Shown: one piece after another, positions 26,153 to 36,561 of the stretch
Layout of the letters: every line of letters begins with the position of its first letter
How positions within the stretch are numbered: the first letter of the stretch is position 1
Assembly (NCBI GenBank): GCA_031835245.2
Contig: JAVKOQ020000039.1
Span: forward strand, 1 to 64,000
Length of the DNA stretch: 64,000 nt
DNA from: Balamuthia mandrillaris
Lineage: Eukaryota
Direction of reading: 5' to 3'
Notes under the pieces: generated by a model
What the model was told of the DNA's origin: nothing
Seen by the model: the letters and a program-made list of their open reading frames with translations, nothing else
Databases searched by the model: none
Made by a program: the position numbers and the translations under genes

Positions 26153-26668
26153 GAGTCGTACAGCATGAACAAAGACAAAGCGAGTGGCGTCTTGTTTGAA
26201 GTTTACAAGGCGCACACATCTTTCCTTTTGTTTTTGTTCACTGCTTTGCTGCTTGGAGCGGTGAGCTCTTCCTGGGGTGATTGGGATCATCAGTGTTCTT
26301 GTGCCATCTTCTTGTTGGATTTGTTCTTCAGAAGAATCAGCCAGATACAATGGGGTCATATAAGGCGTGTGCAGTCGTAAAACAAAGATAGTCTTATCAA
26401 ACTGAATTACATCACCTTAGAATTGTACATAAGCAAGTCAAAAAATGATACTACTGAGGCTAACAGTTTGAAGGAGAAGTACCATCATAATCGTCATCGC
26501 GTTCTTTGTCATCTTCATCGTCGTTCTTGTCAACAACTTCAATTTCAAAGATGGAATGGTAACTCTTCGGAGTGTACATCCGCTTCCCACACCAATGAAC
26601 TAAGAAATGTTTGTATTAGAACACAAAAGAACCAACGAAGGTGAAGAACCAAATCCATAATAGCTTGG

Positions 26669-26709
<41 letters not shown>

Positions 26710-26897
26710 AGTACCAATATCAGGTTCCAATTCAGGTTGGTGCAGATTGCCCATGATATAGCCTTCTTGGTACCACTGCCCAATGGCGTTCGTATTGTTG
26801 AAGTACAACCTTAACTGCTGTCCGTTCTGTGGCCGATAAAGAGGAGTGCTGAAGATCAGATAATGCGAGACTAGAGAAGAGAAGAATAGGAGAGGAG

Positions 26898-26937
<40 letters not shown>

Positions 26938-28845
26938 ATCAAGAAGACGAAGAAGAGCAGAGAACAAACCCGCAACATGCTTCGCGAATTCGAGCCAGAG
27001 TGAACGGTCATGGTCCAGCCATGCAACAAGTCAAACACACGACCCGGCACGAAGCTCAGCGTCAAAAGGTTAAAGCAGGCCTTGTTGTGAAGGCTTGTCT
27101 GACGCAACACAGCGCCGCAACTCAGACTGACCAACAGAAACATGTCCCCTTCTTTCACCTTGGTTTGTGTTTCTTCATGTAAGAAGGAAGAAGTCATGGA
27201 GGAAGGAAAAGCAAAGCATGAGAGGGAGTGTGAGCACGGACCACAGAACCCATGCGGCTCTGCCCCAAAGGGCGAACGCTGAACCAACAGTTTTTGTTGG
27301 AGCTTTCCAGAGACACAGTGTAGTTACTCCACAACTCTTTCGATGCCAGGAACCGTTGCGTGCTCACATGTTTCAACTGTTCGTGCAGCGAGGCAAGTTA
27401 CAGTGTGAAGAGAAGAGAAGAGAAGAGAAGAGAAGAGAAGAGAAGAGAAGAGAAGAGAAGAGAAGAGAAGAGAAGAGAAGAGCAGAGCAGAGCAGAGCAG
27501 AGCAGAGCAGAGCAGAGCAGAGCAGAGCAGAGCAGAGCAGAGCAGAGCAGAGCAGAGCAGAGCAGAGCAGAGCAGAGCAGAGCAGAGCAGAGCAGAGCAG
27601 AGCAGAGCAGAGCAGAGCAGAGCAGAGCAGAGAGCAGAGCAGAGCAGAGCAGAGCAGAGCAGAGCAGAGCAGAGCAGAGCAGAGCAGAGCAGAGCAGAGC
27701 AGAGCAGAGCAGAGCAGAGCAGAGCAGAGCAGAGCAGAGCAGAGCAAGAGAGCGGAGCAGAGCAGAGCAGAGCAGAGCAGAGCAGAGCAGAGAGAGAAAG
27801 AGAGCAGAGCAGAGCAGAGCAAGAGAAGAGAAGAGAGAGAGCAGAGCAGAGCAGAGCAGAGCAGAGCAGAGCAGAGCAGAGCAGAGCAGAGCAGAGCAGA
27901 GCAGAGCAGAGCAGAGCAGAGCAGAGCAGAGCAGAGCAGAGCAGAGAAGAGAAGAGAACGACCAAGAGAAGAGCACGATGAAGAGAACAACGAAGAGCGA
28001 TCAAGCGAGAGAGCGACAGCATCGCAGAGATGAAGCGAGTAAAAAGAAAGGAGAAAGAAGGTGTAACCTGAATAGTCTGTCCATAGGTCAAGGGGGTACG
28101 TTTCCACGAGGACTCATAATGCACTTGCTCCCTTTTCAGGTTCTGTTTTGTTTGTTTTCAAACATAAGATTTAAAAAGAAAGTAAAACCAAGGAAGACCC
28201 CCAAAACAAACACAAACCTCAAAGCTGTGAAGAAAGCGGTCATCGAAAGGACCGCTGCGCGAGGTTTTCACCAACTCCACCAGCCCATCCACGTTCACTT
28301 TTTGTCTCGGCACCAACTCGAACAGAAAATCTTCAAGTGGAGCATCCGTTCAAAAAAAAAAGAAATGTTGGACTCAGCTAACAACAACAGCGAGAGAGAG
28401 AGAGAGAGAGAGAAAGAAAGAGAGAAAGAGAGAGGTGGAGCATGCCTTCATGTTTTTCTTTGTGTGGGCTGTAGTCCTTCACCAGCAACGTCGGGTTCGA
28501 TCTTCAAAAGTTTCAAAAAAAAATTGGTATCGGTTAGTAAAAGAACACGAAGACATCTTGAACAGCGAAGCGAAAACGGAACACGTACTTGCTCTCGATG
28601 GAAACGCAGCTCTGGTCGGGCATGCTGGCCGAGTGGATGACCACCCAGTCCCCCAGGCAGACCGCCTTGGCGGGGGCCTTCTCGAAGTTGAAACGGAAGG
28701 CCCGGCTCTTCTTGTCCCCCGAGGCGTCGTCGCGGTGGTACCAGGCGCTCGTCTTGCTGTGCACCCTGCTGGCGAGCTCCTGCCCCAGGGTGAAGGGCGT
28801 GGTGACCTCCGCGCTTATGTTCTGCACGGCTGCCTTCAGCTTCAT
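15787..28845 (-). CDS. Inositol 1,4,5-trisphosphate/ryanodine receptor-type Ca2+ release channel, many exons
   Basis: Spliced C-terminus has six TM segments, pore YCSSVADCLLANLNYG-ITGGGGLLD, TM6 FWIVVGLVLLNIILAIIVDTFGEFR, C2H2 site CMIC...HIHSEHNFFYYLYF and SIFP. Also RIH-associated segments (VLGLLEELC...VQDYMREQ...SVNLV; LLLSLVEG) and a MIR-like N-terminus. Internal exon boundaries not all resolved. Confidence 0.88.
27408..27955. repeat. Intronic pentanucleotide arrays (AGAGA)n then (AGAGC)n
   Basis: About 550 bp of agaag/agagc units inside an intron of the channel gene. Confidence 0.95.
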
Positions 28846-28965
28846 TATAGTGGCGTTTTATGGGGTCGTCCGGCGTGCGTTACAGCTTTCTTTGTTGCCT
28901 CTTCTTCTGATGTTTTGTCGTCTGTTTGTGGTGCTTTCTGTGCCTCTTGCTTATGTTTGACGAAG

Positions 28966-29352
28966 GCAAACCCTCTCCCAGCTCCTTGCTAAATGTAGGT
29001 AATATAGCAAGAAGGATCATCCTCCATTTGCTATAATGCCGGAGTAAATGAATTGCGTTACAGGAATCCAGCCAGGCTGCCAGTGGTGCGGGTGAATAGC
29101 GTCTGCTGTGGCCCGGTTATTCAAGGCGCAGATTCGATCTTGGTTCGACTGCGGACCCTTCGGTTGTAGCGCCGCAAGGTTAGACATATGTCTCGAGGGG
29201 CAATGTAGTTTCCCACTAAGACCAGGGGAATAGCGTGACGTGGGTGTTGTCTACTCCTGCGGGCTTCCGGAGGAAGAGGTGGTAGCGAGGTTATCTTCCG
29301 CCCTCCACCGTTTGGTGGGAAACTGAAGACAGACCCTTTCCCGGGGGTTTGT
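28966..29352 (+). ncRNA. Putative structured non-coding RNA of unknown class
   Basis: Intergenic and microsatellite-free, with many nested helices containing G-U pairs on the + strand, end-to-end pairing (28966-28975 with 29343-29352) and a T-run at 29391. See findings. Confidence 0.45.
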
Positions 29353-29406
29353 GTTTGGAAAGAAATAAACGAACAGAAGATTATATTAAGTTTTTTTTTT
29401 TTGTAC

Positions 29407-31909
29407 TCAACAGACAAGACAAGGCGGACCAACATTCGGCTTTGCATTCTCCTTTCTCTTCTGTATGTTTGGAGGATGAAGAAGGTCATTCTTTGGTTCA
29501 GAGTGAAATGGAGAGAGAATGAAAAAAAAAAAGCAAACCTCTTGCTTTTTGTGAGCTCCTTTTTTGCGTCTTTGTTCTTCGTTGAACTCTTTCACTTCTT
29601 GTCTCAGGGTAAAGAAACCTTTGGAACGTCTTTCTTGCGGAGCTTTTATGATTCTCAGTTCTGGAAAAGAGGAAGAAGACGAAGAGGCCGAAGAACTTTC
29701 TTCTTCCTCTTCTTCATTGTGAACTGTTTCACTGCGAAGAATGTCCAAATCTAGTTCCCAACTGAACAACGCTGTTCCTGTTTTAGGATACTGTAATAAA
29801 CGGATAAGCTAAACTTGTTCAACAAAGCAGAAGTAAAGAGAGAAAGAGAATGCAGCATAGATAAAGAGATAAACGAGAAGAGGAAGAAGAAAGAATGAAA
29901 GACTTACAAAAGGATTCAGCTCGATGATGACAACACGTTCATCTTCTGGTAAGATAGCAAAGTCTATCACACACGTTTCCACAGGCAAAATATCCTGTTG
30001 GTGTTTTTCTTTCGTTAGAAAATACAAAACACAAATTAAAAAATACCAAAGGCAAAGGTGAAATAAACCTTGACATCATCAAAAAACTCCAATATCTTAT
30101 GTTTACACCAATCTTGTTTTTCTACAAGTGTCCGAAAGAAGCATGAATCGATGTACTGAGACAAGCCTGTTATTCTCCTTTTGTACACAAAACCACGAAA
30201 CTCCTGTTTTCATGAGAAAGAAGTTAATAAGAAGGAAGAAAGAAGAAAAGTGAAGAACAAGTGTGGTGAGAACCATAGACGGATGAATGAACATCCATTT
30301 CCTTAAAACAATGTTGAGGGGGCCTTCCTCTGAATGTTTTAGCCACTGTGTTACATCTGTAATCGTTGTTTTTTGAGACATAAGACAAATACCGCCGAAA
30401 TAATAAACGCAAACAAATAACCTTGATAGATGCGATAACTCTTTAATAGAAATGTGTCCAACCCTTGTTGTGCGGAATGAATCTTCAATGCTTGGTTGAC
30501 AGCGATATACCATGCTATAGCGTCCTTGTTTTCATCTACTTGTTTTGTGTTCTCCAAGACTTGACTTAGAGCTTCTTTGAGAGCAAAACTGGACAGAACG
30601 GAATCTTTTGGACTGTTTTGTTGAAGCATTTAGAAGAAACTGAATAAAAAAGCAAACGCAAATGATAACTCCACAAGAAGAATGAAGAAAGCAAAGAGAG
30701 CGAACTAAAGAAGTTACCTCCGGCTTGATAGTCGAATAAAAGCACCGGAGTGTTCTTCATCAGAGCACAGTTTCTCTGCCATCGTCTCTGTCTCGCCTTC
30801 TCTGTTGTTTCTTTCTTTGGATTTGAGTTTATCATTCTGCTTTGTTGACTTTTGGCTTTCTTCGTCGTCTTCCTCCTCTTTGTTGTTGTCGTTGTTAAAA
30901 TACAGTAACACTTTGTCTATTCTTTCTCGTAGGGTTTGCAATATTTTTGTATCTTCCTTTGTGACCACTTCTTTCTTAAAAATATGACTCTGTTAAACAG
31001 ATAACAATCAGCATAAGTAGAAGAGGAGAAGAAGAAGAAGAAGAAGAAAAAGAACAAGAAGAACAAGAAGAAGAACAAGAACAAGAACAAGAACAAGAAC
31101 AAGAACAAGAACAAGAACAAGAACAAGAACAAGAACAAGAACAAGAAGAACAAGAACAAAAAGCAGAAAAAAGAAAATGGGAAAGAAAGTAAAGAAGGGA
31201 AGAAAAGTGCCTCTTGAAAGTGAAGGATGGCGTTGGCTTCAGCTTTGGACAGAGCCACAAATTTGGTATCAAAGGTATACTCTTTGAGGGCATCGTACCA
31301 ACTCTCAACGTCGCATGACCGTACATATTGTCGTAACGCAAATGAATCTGGTTTATGTGGTTCATAGTTTTGTGTTATAAGTAAAAGACTCAAAAAAGGG
31401 AGAACAAGCAACAGAAACGAACCAACGGAGTTGAGATCAAACGGGTCAAAGGAAGAGTTGTTCTCCTTCTTGTCTTCTTCGTCAACAGTCGCCTCTTCTG
31501 TCTTGTCGGAGTTCCTTGGGCTCTCTGTGCTGGGGTGGAGAGCCTCTTCCTTCTCTGCTTCTTTTTTCTTTTTCTTCTTTTTGCTGACTTGCGGTTTGAG
31601 CGTTGCGCTTCTGCCGTCCACCACTTTCTTTCCTTCCCTCTCCATCGTTTTCGTCCGCCTTCGCGTTGGCCCGTTGACCAAAGTTTGTATGCCGCTCCTT
31701 GAGCTGCTGCCGTAGAGCACATCCTCAGCCTCCCGTATCTTCCTCCGCGTCTTTTCCTTTGGCGGCTCTTTTTCTTTTTGTTTTTCGTTGGTTTTACCGT
31801 TATTGTTGTGTTGGTTCCGCGGGCACATCTTTTTGCCCTCTCTTTTGCAGCCCAGCTGCTCCAACGGTTGGGCCGGTGACGGTGAGGTCGCGGTTGTTGT
31901 CTCCGCCAT
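29407..31909 (-). CDS. Cdc123-related (R2K clade) ATP-grasp protein, multi-exon, C-terminal CaaX-like CLVC
   Basis: DVESWYDALKEYTFDT.F, FIRLSSRSPKDS (across a splice), S.RIYQD, IVLRKW..I.PSMEFRGFV, LSQY, VIDFA, VIIELNPF..TG.ALFSW. Confidence 0.8.
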
Positions 31910-32177
31910 TCTCTACGAAACGCATGTAACGTTAGCCGACGCCGTTCTTTTCTCTGTTTTTCTTTTTCTGTTTTTCATTTGCCGTTAATTAATTTTAGAA
32001 TATGTTAATTATTACCCGCGGCTTGCGATTGGTCGCCCACCTAAACGGAATTTCGTTGTATCAAGAGCAGTTGTGCTGCAGATCTGTTGCTCATATATCG
32101 GAATGACGTCATGTGGTTAAGGTAATATCCTTCTCAACAACCTATTATGCAAGCAAAGAAGAGAGAGAAGAGAGGAG

Positions 32178-32222
<45 letters not shown>

Positions 32223-32289
32223 TTCAAAAAATAGGTGTTTGAACCTCATTCAAAATGTTAACACAATCCAAAACCTTTTTTTTTTGTTT

Positions 32290-35200
32290 TTATAATAGTT
32301 CATCCACAACATCAACCTCCTGGATAAGGTACAGCCAAGCAGCCACTGCCCGAATGGCAGGCCCACAACGGGTATCCTGTTGCTCTTCGGCAAGCCACGT
32401 TAGTTTCTCGCTTCCAGCAGTAAACGCCGACATATCTTTGGCATAATCGTTAGAAGATAGCTTGAAGGTAGAAGATCCATCCGGAGATGAGGCAGTTGCT
32501 TCAGCTGAAGAGGATGAAGAAGATGAATATGCAGCTTCACGGTGTTGCTGAGCTGCTTTCACGACGGAGCGATAGGCTTTGTCCGAACGCTCCTCGAGGA
32601 TCTTGTGACAGAGCTGCATGACCAAGTAACCAGCGATCCAGTAGATGACGCAGGCCGTAAACAAGATCCAACAACCCCACTGTAAGGTGGCCACGACGTC
32701 GTAACACTTGTCCATGCCAGGCAAGACCGGTTGAAGGTACTCCTTGAGAATCTCGTTGATGAGGTCGCATTTGTCGCCGATGATGAACTGGGCAAACTGC
32801 TCGATCTCCAACAGAGCAGCGATGATGGAGATGACGAACACGTCCAGGGCGGACCAGGCGTTCAGAACCTCCGTCATCATGAACATGTACTTTTGCACGA
32901 CGGGGCGCAGAGGCGCCAACCAAAGGGTCAGCAGGAAGACCAAATGGCAGAGGGGAACCGCCACGGCGAAGATGAAGAAGGTGCTCTGAATGAGGTGTAC
33001 GCCCACCCCATTGGGATTGTAGGCTCCGGCAGGAATGGCTTCGCCTAAAGTTAGCACGGAGTAGTCCTTCTGAACGGGATATCCCAAGAACTCGATGGCA
33101 ACAGCAGCCAAGCCTTCAGTTCTGAAGGAGAAGCTCTCCAGCACGGAGCCAACGATCATCAAGGCCGTCGTGATGAGCAAAAGCACGGTGACAAGGGCTC
33201 TGCCCAACCAGGTGCAACGGACCAGGGTGTGTCCCACACGGAAGGAATGAGCTCCAACGGCCTCGCTGGGCAGCTTGTGCTCCAACCGAGCGATTTCATG
33301 ACGACGCCGCCAGTTGGCAGCACGTCTGTGGCAGGCTAAGATGACGTGAGTGACTACTAAGGAGGTTATGGTCGCCAAGAGGAAGAGATAGAAGCCGCTC
33401 TTGGGAGCCACCACAAACTGGGCTCCTGCAGCTCCTGCTTTGGTGCCTGATTCAGGAACGGCTGGAGAGATAATGTTCTCGTGGAAGGCCACCAACATGA
33501 GGATCATGATGTAGGCGTCGATGAGGGACCACTTGCCTAGAGCGTCCACCACTCGGAGGACGGTTTCCCTGCGCTTGGCCGAGAGGATTCTCACTGGCAG
33601 CATCCAGCATAAGAACAGGAGGATGAGCTTCAGGTATGGCCAAGCCCCAGAGAAGACAGCCACCAGAAGCGACAGGGGGTAGACTCCTGCCTTCCACATG
33701 TCACGCACGCTCGATCCAAGAGAGAAAGGAAAGAGAGGAGGCAGCTGCACTTCATCGAGGCCAAGCTGCACGATGGCATAGACACTGGCTCCTATGGAGA
33801 TGTTGGCATTGATGAAGAGGGCCACGTTGATGACTATCACCATAGGTATGCCGTAACGGAAGTACCAGGCCACGTGGCTGTGCAAAGCCAGGCAAGGCTC
33901 ACAACTTGAAGACTTTTTGGCTTGAAGATGAGCCCCCGGGTCGTTATTTATCGAGGCGACGAGGCCTTCTGTGGCAGGATCATCCACATCCGCTAGGAAG
34001 TGTCTGCTACTCCTTTGTTGCCTCTTCTTCTGCCGATTGAGGATCTGTAATATCAACAGAACCGCCACAAGGAGGATGATCACTGCACCGCCGATGCTGG
34101 ATGTCAGGATGACCGCTAACATGTCCACCTCCAGATCGTCAATGTTCCCGCCTTCCCAATGAGAGACAGGACAAGTGTGATTCTGAGCCACCACGCCAGC
34201 AAAGTACTTGTTTAGACGGTCTCTGCCAGGTCCAGCAATGACACCGTTCATGAAAGCAGGAATGGCAGGACGGAAGGAAGAGGTAAACAGTGCTATGATG
34301 TTGTCGATGGCCTCATCCAAGTCCTGTTCCACGTCCCCGCCCAGTGCAACCAACGCCAGCTGGGTAAGAGAGATGTTGAAGGCCAAGTTCGTGATTTCAG
34401 CCACCTCTACGGTGGAAAGAATGCACTGCATGTTCAGCTGATCCGGTTTAAGGAAGGGAAGAATGTGGTTGCGAAGGGCGAGCACTACGTCACTGCTCAA
34501 CATGTTGTCTTTCATGCTCATGCTCATCAGAGCAGACTCGTAGAGACTCTTGCTCGCACTGACTACAGTACCGTCTGCCACAGATACGTTCACGAAGAAG
34601 GTAAAGTTTAGATCCAGTCGGTCCATGTAGGTCTGAGAGTCCAGTGTGTACGCGTTGACAGGGACGATCAGATCGAATGTCTTCCACGTGTTGATTCCGG
34701 CCAACCCAAAGCCGGTTAGACCAAACGTGATGTTGGCCAAACTAGAAAGCGACACCGTGACTTGGGCTCCTTTGATGCCTGTCGCTTCGATCCGTCCTGT
34801 GCCGTTGGTAAGGAAGTTGGCAATCTTGTTGAGCCCCAAAGGGCCATCCGCTCCTATCACGGTGTCAAGAAGGTAGTCCAATATGGCAATAGTGGGGTTA
34901 TCACGCAAGTGGACGGATCCTGGAGGGACCAACGGAGAAGGACTGGGCGGCTGGGGGTGCAAGAAAGGCCGAATCTGGTTGTTAACGTTCTGGAGGACCT
35001 TCGTGAGGTTGTTGCTTACCGCCGTGGTCAGTTCCTCGCATATAACGTCTTTGAGCACGGACTGGAGGGAGCTGGCAATGATGTCGCGGAACAGTTGCAG
35101 GATACTATCCACTAACCCACCTCCTGTAAAGTCCACCGTGATGTGGAGACTCATGTCGCAGTAGTTGAGCTTGGCGGAGGAGGCCAGCCCATCTGCGTCC

Positions 35201-35625
35201 TTGGTCAATTCCAGCTGCGTTTGGAGGGTGGTGGAGTCCGGGAGGATGTGGGCCTGTAGGCCGCCAGAGGCGGAGGGTAGAAGCTTCCCACTGAGCTTCC
35301 AGCTTGCGGAGCAGGTAATTCCAATGCCGGAGGCTTTGAGAGAGACGGCCAGGCCGCTCAGGGAAGAGTCCAAGGCACCAAGGTCAATGCTCGAGCAGAT
35401 GATGTTTTTCAGGGCGAGGGTGAAGGTACCAACGCTAAAGCTTTGGTCGGGAATGTGGATGGTGATGTTGTGCAGCCAGCAACGAAGCCCACAACTTTCT
35501 GAGATGATATTTTGCAAAGCATTCTGATCAAAGGCCGCTGTGGGAACGGCGGCAAAGGAAAGAACAAGTAGCACCCAGGCGGCGGTGGCCAAACGCGAAA
35601 CACTCGTGTTGCGTTTGTTTGGCAT
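32290..35625 (-). CDS. Signal-peptide membrane protein: BPI/TULIP-like lumenal region, TM, then two PqiA (paraquat-inducible A/LetA-like) repeats; intronless
   Basis: Signal peptide (LATAAWVLLVLSFAAVPTAA). Beta-rich repeats ending in long helices (IHIPDQ...LKNIICSSIDL...LQSVLKDVICEEL). PqiA motifs YPLSLLVAVFSGAWPYLKL...LGKWSLIDAY and FIFAVAVPL...LNAWSALDVFVISI. The BPI call is weaker than the PqiA call. Confidence 0.7.
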   Translation of the reverse strand: MPNKRNTSVSRLATAAWVLLVLSFAAVPTAAFDQNALQNIISESCGLRCWLHNITIHIPDQSFSVGTFTLALKNIICSSIDLGALDSSLSGLAVSLKASGIGITCSASWKLSGKLLPSASGGLQAHILPDSTTLQTQLELTKDADGLASSAKLNYCDMSLHITVDFTGGGLVDSILQLFRDIIASSLQSVLKDVICEELTTAVSNNLTKVLQNVNNQIRPFLHPQPPSPSPLVPPGSVHLRDNPTIAILDYLLDTVIGADGPLGLNKIANFLTNGTGRIEATGIKGAQVTVSLSSLANITFGLTGFGLAGINTWKTFDLIVPVNAYTLDSQTYMDRLDLNFTFFVNVSVADGTVVSASKSLYESALMSMSMKDNMLSSDVVLALRNHILPFLKPDQLNMQCILSTVEVAEITNLAFNISLTQLALVALGGDVEQDLDEAIDNIIALFTSSFRPAIPAFMNGVIAGPGRDRLNKYFAGVVAQNHTCPVSHWEGGNIDDLEVDMLAVILTSSIGGAVIILLVAVLLILQILNRQKKRQQRSSRHFLADVDDPATEGLVASINNDPGAHLQAKKSSSCEPCLALHSHVAWYFRYGIPMVIVINVALFINANISIGASVYAIVQLGLDEVQLPPLFPFSLGSSVRDMWKAGVYPLSLLVAVFSGAWPYLKLILLFLCWMLPVRILSAKRRETVLRVVDALGKWSLIDAYIMILMLVAFHENIISPAVPESGTKAGAAGAQFVVAPKSGFYLFLLATITSLVVTHVILACHRRAANWRRRHEIARLEHKLPSEAVGAHSFRVGHTLVRCTWLGRALVTVLLLITTALMIVGSVLESFSFRTEGLAAVAIEFLGYPVQKDYSVLTLGEAIPAGAYNPNGVGVHLIQSTFFIFAVAVPLCHLVFLLTLWLAPLRPVVQKYMFMMTEVLNAWSALDVFVISIIAALLEIEQFAQFIIGDKCDLINEILKEYLQPVLPGMDKCYDVVATLQWGCWILFTACVIYWIAGYLVMQLCHKILEERSDKAYRSVVKAAQQHREAAYSSSSSSSAEATASSPDGSSTFKLSSNDYAKDMSAFTAGSEKLTWLAEEQQDTRCGPAIRAVAAWLYLIQEVDVVDELL

Positions 35626-36561
35626 GGCGATGCTTTGACTTAGAAGAACTAAAAAATGAAACATGATTAAAACGAAATAACGAAAACGAAAGTGAAAGCG
35701 AAGAAAGCGAAATAGAAAAAAGCGAAAGAGAACAAACCACCCACGAAAAATTAAAACTAGAATCGGCCAAAATACTTTTCATTGACCGCACTCCTCTAAT
35801 GCGGCTCTTTGTGGTCCTGTCGATCGAGCCGTTTTGTTTTTTCAATAAAACAAACCTGAACGAGCCTTTGGTTTGAAGAGATGTTACGCGGGCCGTCCCC
35901 GTTGAGTTCTTTCTTCAAGAGGCGCGCCGAAAACAGAGAGCAACCTCGCATTTATGTTACCATAAAAGCAACTACCACGTCGAAATCTAATATCCTAACT
36001 GAGCAAAAATTACCTTTAACGCGCTAACTGACGTCATTAACTTACCTTTGAAGGTAATTTTCTCGCAACAAAACAAACGGAAAGAAGAAGGGGTGCTTCC
36101 TTTCTCTTTGTGGGTTTGACCGATTGATCTGCGGTTTTAGCTTCTTCTTGTGGCAAGCGTTGTGTTGTGGTGGAGCTGGTCTTGCGTGGTCACCGCGTTG
36201 GCGGCGAGTGTTTGTAAGGGGAGGTTTCCATTCAGTTCGGAGAAAAGGAAAAGAAGGTAAGGAATGCAAAAAGATCGAGGAAGGAAGAGAGAAGAGAAGA
36301 GAGAAGAGAGAAGAGAGAAGAGAGAGAAGAGAGAAGAGAAGCTAAGAGAACGACGAAAAGAAGAGAAGAGAGAAGAGAGAAGAAAGAAGAGAGAAGAGAG
36401 AAGAGAAGAGAGAAGAGAACGACGAAAAGAAGAGAAGAGAGAAGAGAGAAGAGAAGAGAAGAGAGGAGAGGATGAGAGAAACTACCCTACAGGAGCCTGT
36501 ACAGCCAAAAACTTTTTTCGCTTGGAAGAACATCAACCACAAAACAAAAAAACAAGAACAC

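Noticed and set aside
27167..28640. Long ORFs of AEQSR/LLCSA repeats
   Set aside because: These are translations of an intronic microsatellite that lacks stop codons.
29011..29290. U3 snoRNA-like boxes (GGAUCAU, AGCGUGA, GAGGAAGA)
   Set aside because: The boxes are in the wrong order and box A is incomplete; probably chance.
29315..29365. Hammerhead ribozyme-like core (CUGAAGA - stem - GAAA)
   Set aside because: Stem II can form, but I could not build a valid stem III with an NUH cleavage triplet adjacent to stem I.
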